DNA from: Amphiscolops sp. MND2022
Lineage: Eukaryota
Length of the DNA stretch: 64,000 nucleotides
Direction: 5' to 3'
NCBI GenBank assembly: GCA_964187785.1
Contig: OZ076411.1
Location: forward strand, 56,916,001 to 56,980,000
Of the stretch, positions 13,849 to 25,800 are shown in pieces; the stretch's first letter is position 1; each line of letters opens with the position of its first letter. The notes under the pieces were generated by a model. The model was not told the origin of the DNA. It ran no database searches and saw only the letters and a list, made by a program, of their open reading frames with translations. The translations under genes and the position numbers were made by a program.

Positions 13849-14336
13849 AACAAGACGAGAACGTCTAACGTCGTTGCTATGTCTAAGGCTCAAAAAGCGC
13901 AAAACATTTTTTTTGAAAACAACTTGAAATTTTTGGAAAATTTTTTTCTTTCGGAAAATGTCGCACAGTGACGAAAAATCTAGAAGGGGGACCTTTTCGA
14001 TTCATGAACATGCATTCTGTTGCAAAATAACAAAAAACTCAAAGGGACCCTTTGGGGACATTAAAAATTTTCGAAAAAAAGTTGCAAAGTGCCGAAAAAA
14101 TCAAAAGGGGGGGGGACCCTTTAGTCTCGGCCGGTTTTGTAGGTTACGTTAAAAAATGAAAGGTGGGACCCTTTGCACTAAGTTTGCCTTGGCCCCTTGG
14201 CCGGACTTGGCGACTTAGGTGGTTTGAGGATTGCTCCTAAAAAGTGGACCGATCAGTGTGAGGATTGTAGTCTGAGAAAAAAGGTCACTGCTATAGTCGG
14301 GCATTTTTTCTTAAAAGGAAAACGCTCCGACTAAAA
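13849..14336 (+). repeat. Non-coding interspersed repeat with terminal stem-loop
   Basis: Repeated GGGACCCTTT motifs. 3' hairpin TAGTCGG...TTTTC / GAAAA...CCGACTA (14294-14333) followed by an A-run. Family unassigned. Confidence 0.45.
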
Positions 14337-14441
14337 ATGTCCTCCCCTACACAGAAAATTGTGAAGGCGGTATATAATAAACCGACTTATGGAGTCGTTG
14401 GTTCAATCGTTCAAACTTTTGGAGTCGTTGGAATCGTTCTT

Positions 14442-17400
14442 TCAAAGTTTGACGACTGGCATCTCTCGGAGTGCTTCGTCCAGACGCAGGCAGCTGAGCT
14501 TAAAGATCTCGGTCAGTCTTGTTCGAGACCTCAGCGCTGGTTGACTACAGACAAAGTCTATCGCATCACTGATCAGCAGTGTGGGGTGGGAGACATCAGG
14601 GTTAGTTTGCCTAAGGTAATCGATGAACGAAACATCCCGGGTTTCCCTCCCATACAAAAACAGGTCAATCTCATTCTGCCATCATACTCACAGTATGATT
14701 CTAGGCTGATCATACTCTGGACCATAAAGGTTTATGGTTCCAGGCTGACCATACTCTGGACATATATGGTTCCAGTCTATGATCAGCCTGGAACCATAAA
14801 AAAAGCAACCTTTATGGTTCCAGCCTGACCATATTCTGGGCCATATATGGTTCAGTCTATGATCAGCCTGGAACCATAAACCTTTGTGGCCCAGAGTATG
14901 GTCAGCCTGGAGCCATAAAAAGAAAATTAGAATAATATAGTCAATTAACGCATACACTGATGAAGTTACAAGATATTCCTCAACCGCCGGTCCAATACAA
15001 TCACCAAATTGAAAACAAGGTTGCAATCATCAATTTTTCCCAGCTTTTGCTGAAATATTTGTAATTTTTCTCGAAATATTTGAGAATCACACTGCAAAGT
15101 GGGTATTGCTATAACAAAAGAGTTAGTTATTAACTAAGACGTGGCTGAGAACAAATTGAGTTATTATAGTTTGTCTTTAACTCCGCTTAGAGCTAAACGG
15201 AGTTCTGACCTGCAATGTATCGTTCGCGGATACAAAAGGTCGAATGTGGCTGCATTAGTCTATAAAGCTGGCTACTCTCAAAATTTGAAAATTTTTGTTT
15301 GGGCTGCATATCACGTCAACACACGTTTGGAACAAAAATTTATGATTCCAGGCTGACCATACTCTGGACCATATATGATTCCAGGCCGATCATACTCTGG
15401 ACCTTATTTGATTCCAGGTCGATCATACTCTGGACCATATATGATTCCAGGCCAATCATGGCAAGATCATAGTAAGGAAATTTGTATGATTTCTATGGTG
15501 CCATAATATGGTCAGATTATGATCGGCCTGGTCTGGAAACCCGGGATACTCCTTATCAACGCTGAGACTCAGCATCTGTTGTGAACTTCTGCATCTGAAT
15601 TTGGCGGCATCTTGTCGGCATTTGTCGGCATATTTTTGGTCCCAGTTTCCGCAAAATGAAACCGGCTAACGTATTAACCCATGCCCTCGGATTCCGAAAA
15701 ACGCCGATTTTCGTGGCGTGGATTCCGCAAAATCAGTGCTAAATTGCCAATTTTGCACGCTTTAAGACATGTCTGCGGAATCGGAGGGCCTACACGCACA
15801 GAAATGTGTCTGTAGCGATTTAGCTTGCAGATGCACAGTAATGAAGTAGCCGCACAGTGAAATGCTGTTCAACAATTGCAAAAAGCAATAACTACCTTGA
15901 CCAATTGGGTCCTTTAACATGACGTTAAGATCAAAGGAAACAAGACTCTTGACTAAATCGGAAGTCATGCCGAAATGACTTTGGACCTCTTCTCAGCTTT
16001 CCTCTCGCTAGCTACTTCTAGTTTTAACCAAGTTTGGATTTGAAAATAAAATCTTGCACACTCAATTTTTTGGCCTCAGCAAGTATTAGTTGGACGATAT
16101 AAGAGAAGTCTGCATCCCGATGAAAGTTTTCCGGGTTAACACAGCGTCGGCCAAGATTGTGTAATAACTGACAAATTTCTCTAAGAAGATGGAACCTTCT
16201 GTCCTGTCTTGGCCGAGGTTCACTGTCACGAGACTAAATTTACATATTTAGTCATTTACAGACACCAACAGGCTCACGGTGAGCCTGTTGGTGTCTGTAA
16301 ATGACTAAATATGTAAATTTGATAACAAACACACCATATGGGAAACATGTGTGACTTGCAAATTCGAACTAACCAATAAAAAAGGTTCCAGGTGACTAGT
16401 GAGTTGGTCATCACAAATGATGGACTACTCCAAGCTCTGTGGCTGAAGAAAAAATAGTACATTGTTCATTGAACCATCGGTCTGCGTGACTACACCAAAA
16501 AGTGAAATTTAAATCTGTTTCTATATACCTTTCACTCCATTGAAAATAACATGTCTGTTAAGGAGTCAATCACGTGAACCCATTTGGACAACACTTCTTG
16601 GAGCTTGGGCAGTGTCGAGAGTTCAACCTGGTAAGTTCTAATGGCCTGCAAAAAGCAAACCAAAAAGTCAGGGTGGTCCTACGAACTACCCAAAAAAAGA
16701 TACAAAGCTATGAACCTTTGATAATTCAGGCTCTCTGATATTCTATTCCATCTCCAATCTGCCTTCGAGGGTGATTACAAAATACTTCAGGACCAAAAAA
16801 ATCATTTCAGCCGAATGCACTGTATATTCTCTTGTGCATCATTTTGCTGAGGGAGAAAATATCCAAGCGGGGAGGCCTTCGGACTGCGAATTGAGTAAGG
16901 GGACATCCATATGTCTAGAAGTTGCACAGTAACAGCACTATACCCTGAACAACAACAACTGACAATGTTTGGCCTTGTAGAGATTGCCCCCATTTAGCTC
17001 CAGTTAAGCCAACAGTTCACCCGGTCCTGCACAGGAAGATGTGGCAGAGTTGGTCGTCTCGCTTGTACATGAATGTACATGAAAAGGAAGAACTCTCGCT
17101 TGACGAACTCAAGGCTGTACAATCCATTTGCGACTGAAAAGAAATCAGTGCCCGCCAAGAAATCCTCTTTAAATGGGCAGCTTCTCCCCTTCGTCCACTA
17201 ATTCGGTATCACGGAATTCAGCAAGCTCTAGTTCAAGTTTTTACGCAGTTAATAAGTTCCCATCTCTCACTCGGAACTTGTGAAGTATCTGGCCCGTTAT
17301 TGGGTCAGCTGAGGACAAATGCTCGTAATGCCATCTTTGGTCTTTCCTCAGATGACGCTCCGTTGAATACTAACGAAATATCTCACAGGTACCCTTGGCA

Positions 17401-17762
17401 TAAATCGATACATTGCCCCTACATATCTGCAAACAAAATTTGTATGGGTTCCATCTTGAAAGTTTTAGTCCATTCCATGCCCCAAAAGTATTATTTTTCC
17501 ATGATTTTGCATGAATGTGTGACCCTTCTTCTGGCGCTAGGTTTTTTGCGGTCATCCTATTGTTCGTTGAAGTCGTACTGTTGTCACTGTTGTCTTCTCG
17601 TTTCACCGAGGCGAGTGTTTGCGCTCCTGGACTATCGCAAGAGAAACCTACATTAGCGAACACTGGGTCCATCGGGCTAGATCCATCTGCCATAAAAGAT
17701 TCTGGGTTTTTGTAACTGGCTCGAGTTGATGGATGCTCGAAGATATAGCTAAAACGACACAT
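14442..17762 (-). pseudogene. Degraded homolog of the antisense hAT-like cargo gene, downstream of and antisense to element B pol
   Basis: Zinc finger FCLQICRGNVSIYAKGTCEIFR*YSTERHLRKD (~17340-17450) parallels CLLCRADPSIAGRGLSSLWDHWKGVEHTR. C-terminal KEYVSFIDYL...ISDAIDFVCSQPAL...LTEIFKL parallels QQYLDVTQYF...VEDIISMWLSYP...LRQVLDL. Confidence 0.6.
14636..15545. mobile_element. MITE with CCCGGGTTTCC TIRs, 2-bp AT TSD and subterminal tandem repeats (CACTA/EnSpm-like)
   Basis: TIR at 14636-14646 and 15535-15545. AT on both flanks. ~34-bp CCAGGCTGACCATACTCTGGACCATATATG arrays near both ends. Removing it restores a reading frame. Confidence 0.8.
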
Positions 17763-18434
17763 TGAGCTGGCTCGCTCTCAGTATCAGGTTCTCAATTATT
17801 TCAAATCGTCAGCAACAACTCTTTGAACTTGGCTGATTTGTTCTTCATTCAAGACAAAGATGAGACGACCCTCCGGCGGGCCTTTTGAAGTGGATTCGCT
17901 AAAATACATCAACATGCTACTGTCTACGTCGCTTGAAACACTTCCAGCGTCAATTGTAATGACTTTAGTTGGTGATGTGATGGCATCATCGACTGAGGAC
18001 TCGAAACATCCAAAAGTTTCCGTGTCAGTGTCTTCTAAATATCCTCACCACTTGTGTATGAACGAACATAACTCAGTGGGTTGTCCCTTCAACAGAAGTG
18101 TAATGCGGACTCTATGCATTATAGCCTTATTATTATCAGAGATAGGATTTTAATGTACTTAAAAATAGCAAAAAATGTCTTTTAGTTGTACTTATTCTGA
18201 GTAAAAAATGTCCTTTAAAATGTACTTCCGAAAACAAAATTGAAATGTTTATTCAGCGTCTTTCCACATAATTATCATCAAGTGTTTTTAGTTATTTATA
18301 AGTAGTCGTTGTCTTCGTGGACTAAAAATCCGGGTGAGCTGGGAAAAACACCTCTCCACGTTCACGCTAACAATCGGGGCAAACTTGAAGTTGCATATCA
18401 CATCGGGCGGGATATTGATGGCTACATTTGCTTC

Positions 18435-18549
18435 CCCAGTGACACGAATCTTGGTAGCCTTGCCAAGATCTTGGAAAAACATGGAAACGCATGGTAGGCT
18501 TACCAAGACGCATGGAAAAACATGATGCATGCTACGCTTGGTAAGATCT
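18435..18549 (+). repeat. Fragment of the CCCAGT-ended repeat inserted in the hAT transposase
   Basis: Reverse complement of ~152-265. Splits ...KILSDEIL from EANVAINIPP... Confidence 0.75.
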
Positions 18550-18791
18550 CGTCGGATAAAATTTTTCCAATTTTGCGTACAGTTTCCCAGTCCGGATTTC
18601 TTTCCAACACTCGGGTAAATTTATCTTTATACTCCTCCTCCAGACAATCTTCAAATAAATCAACCGTTTTTACCGCTTCGGATAAAAGCAAACGACCTTG
18701 AAGTTTGTCAAGTATGCACGTGACTTTTTGAAAATTGACTCGATAAATATGCCAATTCACTTTGTAGAAGGGGATTATAGACTAAATCTTG

Positions 18792-18888
18792 GTACATTTC
18801 AAAGGACATTTTTTACTCAGAATAAGTACAACTAAAAGACATTTTTTGCTATTTTTAAGTACATTAAAATCCTATCTCTGATAATAAT
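18792..18888 (+). repeat. Inverted 97-bp copy of the hAT terminus plus its 8-bp flank, inside the transposase
   Basis: Reverse complement of 18129-18225 with 1 mismatch. Confidence 0.9.
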
Positions 18889-21010
18889 CGCGCGGGCTTC
18901 AGTTTTGTCCAAATTGTTGCAAATGAAATTGCTAAGCATCTCGAAATGCTGGCAACAATAAAATACGCATTCTAGCCACAAATTCCAACGGGTAACAATT
19001 GGGGGATTACTTTTGGGTAGGGTAATAAACAGTACTGTAACGGATATATTACTTAATTTTACAACCCTGATTGCGACGCTTGTTGTTCTCTCAATTTCCA
19101 CCACTTCAAACAGGACTGGTTTGGATTCGTTGTGCATGTCCAAAACACCAACCAAAACTGCAAGAACATAACGCCCAAGTACATCTGTGCACTCATCAAT
19201 AATTAAATGAATATCTTCACCATGAGGCCGCAGAATAATATCCTGAATACATTTTTTACCTTCGTCTTCCAAGTATGTTTTTCGAAGAGTGGATTCCGAT
19301 GGAAGCTCCTTCTTCGTCCATTTTTCCAGAAATGATTTAAAATTGGGGTTTTCGACTTTGTTGAGGGGAATATTTGACATTACAAGGGCTTTTGTTAAGC
19401 CTGCAAAAAATTCGTTCTTTTTGTCAGGCACCGAATCCATATACGTTTGTCGCTGAGATAACTGGACATGATTGCGGTGTTTTTCAGTCTTAATATGATC
19501 TTCTGCCCGTGTTTCGACTCGTCGATCAAAGTTAATCATAAACCCACATGGCTTACAACGAAGCTTCTCAACTGTGGGAATGAATTACCAAACCTTGCGA
19601 CCACCTTCAAGCTTTGAAATGGCTTCGGTTGGCGTTTGCTTAGGTCGAACCATTTTGATTGAAAACAAATCAAGAAAGTGAGATGATAAGCAATGTTTTA
19701 TTATAGCAAACACTACGAAGAGAAAGCAGTCTCGTGACTGATTTAATATTTGTTTACTAAGTAAACAAACTAAATTTGTCTCGTCGCTGCACATTGTCTT
19801 GTGAAAATGTACATTGCAGGTTTAACCTGTATGAACTCAAAATTGTGAGAAAAAGTGTATTGACACATGTCTTATGTAATTACATTTTAATCCTATCCCT
19901 GATTATTATGCATGAATTTGACCTTGGGTAACTGGGACTACAACAACCGGTAAGTAGATCTCCTTGCCCTGAGCCTAGGATCGTGTGAACCAGTGACTCT
20001 TGTGGTCTCACGGTAACTGCTGGTGGAGGCAGTGGACTGTCTAGAAAAGTAGTTTCAGAGACTTGATTACTTGATTCCTCAGTGATATTTTTTTCAGGAA
20101 AATGATAGACTATTCGAGTCGTCAGTATTGGACTTCTGGCCAAAAGAATCCAATTTCTTACTGAATAATGCTCCGCAGCTTTCTTCAGAACCACTGCTCT
20201 CGCTTTGTGCGGCAGTTTGGCTAAAACTGGGGGAAGTGTAGAGTAATTTGATGGAGCACCCTGAAATGACTCTTCTGGGTTCTCAAAATGGCGTAGAGGC
20301 GGTTGGCCATTCATTTCTTTTCCTAAACGGAAAGAAATAAAAATTCGCGGTTCACTTACTGCTATTATATCCATCTTACCGTATTTTTAAAAGCCTCAGG
20401 ACGTACGTTTGAAGACAATTTTACCGTTTGAAAGTTTATGAAGGAAGTAAATTAGCCAAAAAAAGCGCTGATCAAACTCCATTTGACAATTTGAAAAACA
20501 ACCAACCTGGCGTTTTTTCCAAGACGGAAAACAGAAATGATGAAGTTCTCGTTACGAGAATCCAGAATCACTTTGGAATACTGCTCAAGAAGTCTGAGAC
20601 ACTGCTACCGTGATCGAAATTGCTCTGAAGCTGTCACTACTAGTAGTCCAAGCAGCGTGATGTACGATTTGTGGTAGTAAAAAGGGATTGAAAAATTCAA
20701 TGTAAAAAGACAAATAGTAAATTTTTGAGAATTGATTTTGATGTCAACAAGACGTTGAAGTGATTGCACCAGCTAGACAAGTTACTGGTTTATATCAGTG
20801 GATATTCAAACTGAATTTGAGAAATATATAACAAACGGGACCACCGAGACCGTGGTCTACATTAACTTACTATCACAGTAGTAAAGGACGCTCAGTTATT
20901 CCTAATTCACGGAACGTCGTGGCTACATGCAAGTTAACTTAGCTAATTCAATGTAATATTTTCAATGCATCAATATCATTTAATTATTATTCCTCGGTGA
21001 TTGGACCGTC

Positions 21011-21519
21011 TGTCGGAACGTGCACAGGTCTTGTCTGACGCTGTACACTGATTGTTCCCTTCTCCACTATTGGAGGATAACTTTTCAGTTAATGCCAAAA
21101 CTAATCCAGTAAGATCGCTAATCTGTTTATTCATTTCTGATAAACGTTGATCGATCGATCTTTGTTCTAAGTTGTAATTAGTACGGATAAGATTTCCATC
21201 GTCTAATTCGTCAATTTGGTCTCTAGAGAGGACCTCAGGGACACTACATTCACTTTCAGTATCGCTAATTCTGTCGTGTTTATCCATTCCGCTCATAAAC
21301 ACTGGGATAGAGCTTCTTCCTTGGGAACGAGTATTGACCATTGTAAAGAACAAACAGAGTTTCAATATTTTATTGAGTGTTGATAGTAGTAGGTTGGAAA
21401 TGTTGAATTTTGCAATATCAAGAACTGATGTGGTAAGCAACTGTACGTTATAACTACACAAAATCTACTGATGGTACTATATTTGCTGGTGTCAATTATG
21501 GCGACGTTGGTCACGTGAC
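21011..21519 (-). repeat. Partial copy of Gypsy A LTR (product of the 2.78 kb duplication)
   Basis: Begins TGTCGGAACG after CCGTC. Near-identical to 23790-24298. Confidence 0.9.
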
Positions 21520-23789
21520 TCGATAAATATGCCAATTCACTTTGTAGAAGGGGATTATAGACTAAATCTTGGTACATTTTAAAGGACATTTTTTACTCAG
21601 AATAAGTACAACTAAAAGACATTTTTTGCTATTTTTAAGTACATTAAAATCCTATCTCTGATAATAATCGCGCGGGCTTCAGTTTTGTCCAAATTGTTGC
21701 AAATGAAATTGCTAAGCATCTCGAAATGCTGGCAACAATAAAATACGCATTCTAGCCACAAATTCCAACGGGCAACAATTGGGGGATCACTTTTGGGTAG
21801 GGTAATAAACAGTACTGTAACGGATATATTACTTAATTTTACAACCCTGATTGCGACGCTTGTTGTTCTCTCAATTTCCACCACTTCAAACAGGACTGGT
21901 TTGGATTCGTTGTGCATGTCCAAAACACCAACCAAAACTGCAAGAACATAACGCCCAAGTACATCTGTGCACTCATCAATAATTAAATGAATATCTTCAC
22001 CATGAGGCCGCAGAATAATATCCTGAATACATTCTTTACCTTCGTCTTCCAAGTATGTTTTTCGAAGAGTGGATTCCGATGGAAGCTCCTTCTTCGTCCA
22101 TTTTTCCAGAAATGATTTAAAATTGGGGTTTTCGACTTTGTTGAGGGGAATATTTGACATTACAAGGGCTTTTGTTAAGCCTGCAAAAAATTCGTTCTTT
22201 TTGTCAGGCACCGAATCCATATACGTTTGTCGCTGAGATAACTGGACATGATTGCGGTGTTTTTCAGTCTTAATATGATCTTCTGCCCGTGTTTCGACTC
22301 GTCGATCAAAGTTAATCATAAACCCACATGGCTTACAACGAAGCTTCTCAACTGTGGGAATGAATTACCAAACCTTGCGACCACCTTCAAGCTTTGAAAT
22401 GGCTTCGGTTGGCGTTTGCTTAGGTCGAACCATTTTGATTGAAAACAAATTAAGAAAGTGAGATGATAAGCAATGTTTTATTATAGCAAACACTACGAAG
22501 AGAAAGCAGTTTCGTGACTGATTTAATATTTGTTTACTAAGTAAACAAACTAAATTTGTCTCGTCGCTGCACATTGTCTTGTGAAAATGTACATTGCAGG
22601 TTTAACCTGTATGAACTCAAAATTGTGAGAAAAAGTGTATTGACACATGTCTTATGTAATTACATTTTAATCCTATCCCTGATTATTATGCATGAATTTG
22701 ACCTTGGGTAACTGGGACTACAACAACCGGTAAGTAGATCTCCTTGCCCTGAGCCTAGGATCGTGTGAACCAGTGACTCTTGTGGTCTCACGGTAACTGC
22801 TGGTGGAGGCAGTGGACTGTCTAGAAAAGTAGTTTCAGAGACTTGATTACTTGATTCCTCAGTGATATTTTTTTCAGGAAAATGATAGACTATTCGAGTC
22901 GTCAGTATTGGACTTCTGGCCAAAAGAATCCAATTTCTTACTGAATAATGCTCCGCAGCTTTCTTCAGAACCACTGCTCTCGCTTTGTGCGGCAGTTTGG
23001 CTAAAACTGGGGGAAGTGTAGAGTAATTTGATGGAGCACCCTGAAATGACTCTTCTGGGTTCTCAAAATGGCGTAGAGGCGGTTGGCCATTCATTTCTTT
23101 TCCTAAACGGAAAGAAATAAAAATTCGCGGTTCACTTACTGCTATTATATCCATCTTACCGTATTTTTAAAAGCCTCAGGACGTACGTTTGAAGACAATT
23201 TTACCGTTTGAAAGTTTATGAAGGAAGTAAATTAGCCAAAAAAGCGCTGATCAAACTCCATTTGACAATTTGAAAAACAACCAACCTGGCGTTTTTTCCA
23301 AGACGGAAAACAGAAATGATGAAGTTCTCGTTACGAGAATCCAGAATCACTTTGGAATACTGCTCAAGAAGTCTGAAACACTGCTACCGTGATCGAAATT
23401 GCTCTGAAGCTGTCACTACTAGTAGTCCAAGCAGCGTGATGTACGATTTGTGGTAGTAAAAAGGGATTGAAAAATTCAATGTAAAAAGCCAAATAGTAAA
23501 TTTTTGAGAATTGATTAGGATGTCAACAAGACGTTGAAGTGATTGCACCAGCTAGACAAGTTACTGGTTTATATCAGTGGATATTCAAACTGAATTTGAG
23601 AAATATATAACAAACGGGACCACCGAGACCGTGGTCTACATTAACTTACTATCACAGTAGTAAAGGACGCTCAGTTATTCCTAATTCACGGAACGTCGTG
23701 GCTACATGCAAGTTAACTTAGCTAATTCAATGTAATATTTTCAATGCATCAATATCATTTAAATATTATTCCTCGGTGATTGGACCGTC

Positions 23790-24762
23790 TGTCGGAACGT
23801 GCACAGGTCTTGTCTGACGCTGTACACTGATTGTTCCCTTCTCCACTATTGGAGGATAACTTTTCAGTTAATGCCAAAACTAATCCAGTAAGATCGCTAA
23901 TCTGTTTATTCATTTCTGATAAACGTTGATCGATCGATCTTTGTTCTAAGTTGTAATTAGTACGGATAAGATTTCCATCGTCTAATTCGTCAATTTGGTC
24001 TCTAGAGAGGACCTCAGGGACACTACATTCACTTTCAGTATCGCTAATTCTGTCGTGTTTATCCATTCCGCTCATAAACACTGGGATAGAGCTTCTTCCT
24101 TGGGAACGAGTATTGACCATTGTAAAGAACAAACAGAGTTTTAATATTTTATTGAGTGTTGATAGTAGTAGGTTGGAAATGTTGAATTTTGCAATATCAA
24201 GAACTGATGTGGTAAGCAACTGTACGTTATAACTACACAAAATCTACTGATGGTACTATATTTGCTGGTGTCAATTATGGCGACGTTGGTCACGTGACCA
24301 CATCAACCAATCATATCATTGCGCACTTTCGCACCTTCGCTGGTAATTGCGCAATTACATCATAGCACGGGAATAAACTGCAATTGCGTTGTCATAGTTA
24401 CATGACTCAATACTGGTGTTATGATGTGGTTACATTAATAGCATCATATGAGTGACCGACTAATCTATATATTGAACACGAGACTAATAGTGTTGAAATG
24501 CAATCTAATGATGGTATGTCATCCACATTACTTTACTATCAAATAAAAATGATGCGAATTTAGTTTACAAAATAAATGTATCAAATGTACGAAAATGGGT
24601 GAATGAGGCAAGGTTTTTTAGGGAAGTTCGAGTTTTGTGATGTGGTTTAGTTCACCACATTTTCACTTTCCATTTGCTGTTTGCTGGTTTCTTCTTCATC
24701 TTTTAATATGTAGGGTGATTTTCTACATTATTGTATGGATTTTTCATGCGTCAGGCATGACA
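23790..24762 (-). repeat. 3' LTR of element A (973 bp)
   Basis: Matches 37741-38714 with scattered substitutions (roughly 2-3% by eye). Confidence 0.95.
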
Positions 24763-24780
24763 CTCCGGGTCTTTTTTGAA
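24763..24780 (-). promoter_or_regulatory. Polypurine-tract-like sequence
   Basis: Minus strand TTCAAAAAAGACCCGGAG immediately precedes TGTCATG of the 3' LTR. Confidence 0.6.
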
Positions 24781-24789
24781 AAGAACATC

Positions 24790-25800
24790 TAATGGGTGTG
24801 GTGTAAAATTGTCTCTCATCGTTAGAGAGTTCGGTCGTTGTATTCCCGTGACAATTTTGAGCTCAGTATCAATCGGCTGTTTGGAATGGCAGTGATGTTG
24901 TCATAGTAACCACGTTGGTAGCGGTTATTCGGTCTCACAACTGTAATGTTCAATTTGTCGATTCGTTGTTCGTATTGGCAAGCGAGAGGAGGAAATGGTG
25001 TTCGCGCATGGACCGAACCGCTTCGGTCGAGAGTAAATAGTGAGTTGATGTGGTGATATTAGCCACGTCATACAGTCGTGCGCATTGTTGTTAGCAGTAG
25101 TAAGAGAATGAAAGTTGAATTCGCCGGAAATTAATGTAACGTGGCAGCGTATATAATTACTCGTCTTAGTTGGAAATCATTCTGAAGAGAATAGTGGAGG
25201 CAGTCGTGCGCTTTGTAAACAAATCTTCGTCGATGCCAAATACGAATCCGATAGAGGTTGTACACTGACTACATTGTTTACCGTTTTGCAGAAAGAGGCA
25301 GTTGGTGTCAGTATTGCGATAAATTGGATGGAGGTAGAAAACGTTTGTTTTGAGATTAGATCAAATAACATAAACAGGATGGGGTAATTATACAATTAGT
25401 CTTTGTTGATGATTTGAGTAGCGGAACATGAAATATGCCTTTTGCCGTTACGGTAACTTGGGGTAACCCTGGAGTAATTCTGGTTCTTGTAATTCAGTTC
25501 CTCCTTTGTGAAACCATTTTTTTTGTAGAGCAGTGGAAGGTTAGTTAAGCAGTAGCGATCATAATCATTCGAATCTGTTGATTCTTTGGAAGGGTAATTT
25601 TACTGGAGAATAACTTCGAGTTGTGGGTGGGTACACTCTTTGAGGAATATGAGAATTCTCCGATATGAAATGATGTGGTTGATCAAGCCGCTTCATTGTC
25701 AAATGGAGTTACTGAAATCTGGTAGATCGCAATGCTCACCGTTTGCCATAGGTCGTGATTTGTTATATTAGCAGTTATTGTTATCTTCAACGATTGAATG
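24790..25800 (-). pseudogene. Degenerate third ORF, env/fusion-glycoprotein-like
   Basis: Env position just before the PPT. Manual translation shows N-glycosylation sequons (NIT) and AKGIFHVPLL...CIITP..., FCKTVNNVV...ICLQ. Several stops and frameshifts. Confidence 0.4.

Larger units (their letters stand above)
18250..19539 (-). pseudogene. hAT transposase pseudogene
   Basis: ALVMSNIPLNKVENPNFKSFLEKW, LPSESTLRK, LIIDECTD (first catalytic D), TRWNLW, and C-terminal FKFAPIVSVNVERCFS. Interrupted by two insertions and frameshifts. Confidence 0.88.
18137..19901 (-). mobile_element. hAT DNA transposon (CGGBP1-like transposase), disrupted
   Basis: TIR CAGAGATAGGATT / AATCCTATCCCTG. Perfect 8-bp TSD ATTATTAT (18129-18136, 19902-19909). 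Confidence 0.9.
18736..24294. repeat. Tandem duplication, unit ~2780 bp (18736-21515 / 21516-24294)
   Basis: ORFs repeat at +2780/+2779 (18832/21612, 19880/22660, 20976/23755). Junction TGAC is shared by hAT and LTR sequence. Confidence 0.95.

Noticed and set aside
14690-15460. Short ~34-bp repeats resembling a CRISPR array
   Set aside because: Repeats are contiguous or inverted without unique spacers, lie inside a TIR-bounded MITE, and there are no cas genes.
19880-20374. 164-aa ORF (and copy at 22660-23154) as an intact gene
   Set aside because: Its C-terminus is read from the hAT TSD/TIR. It may be an upstream exon of element B's cargo, but this is unsupported.
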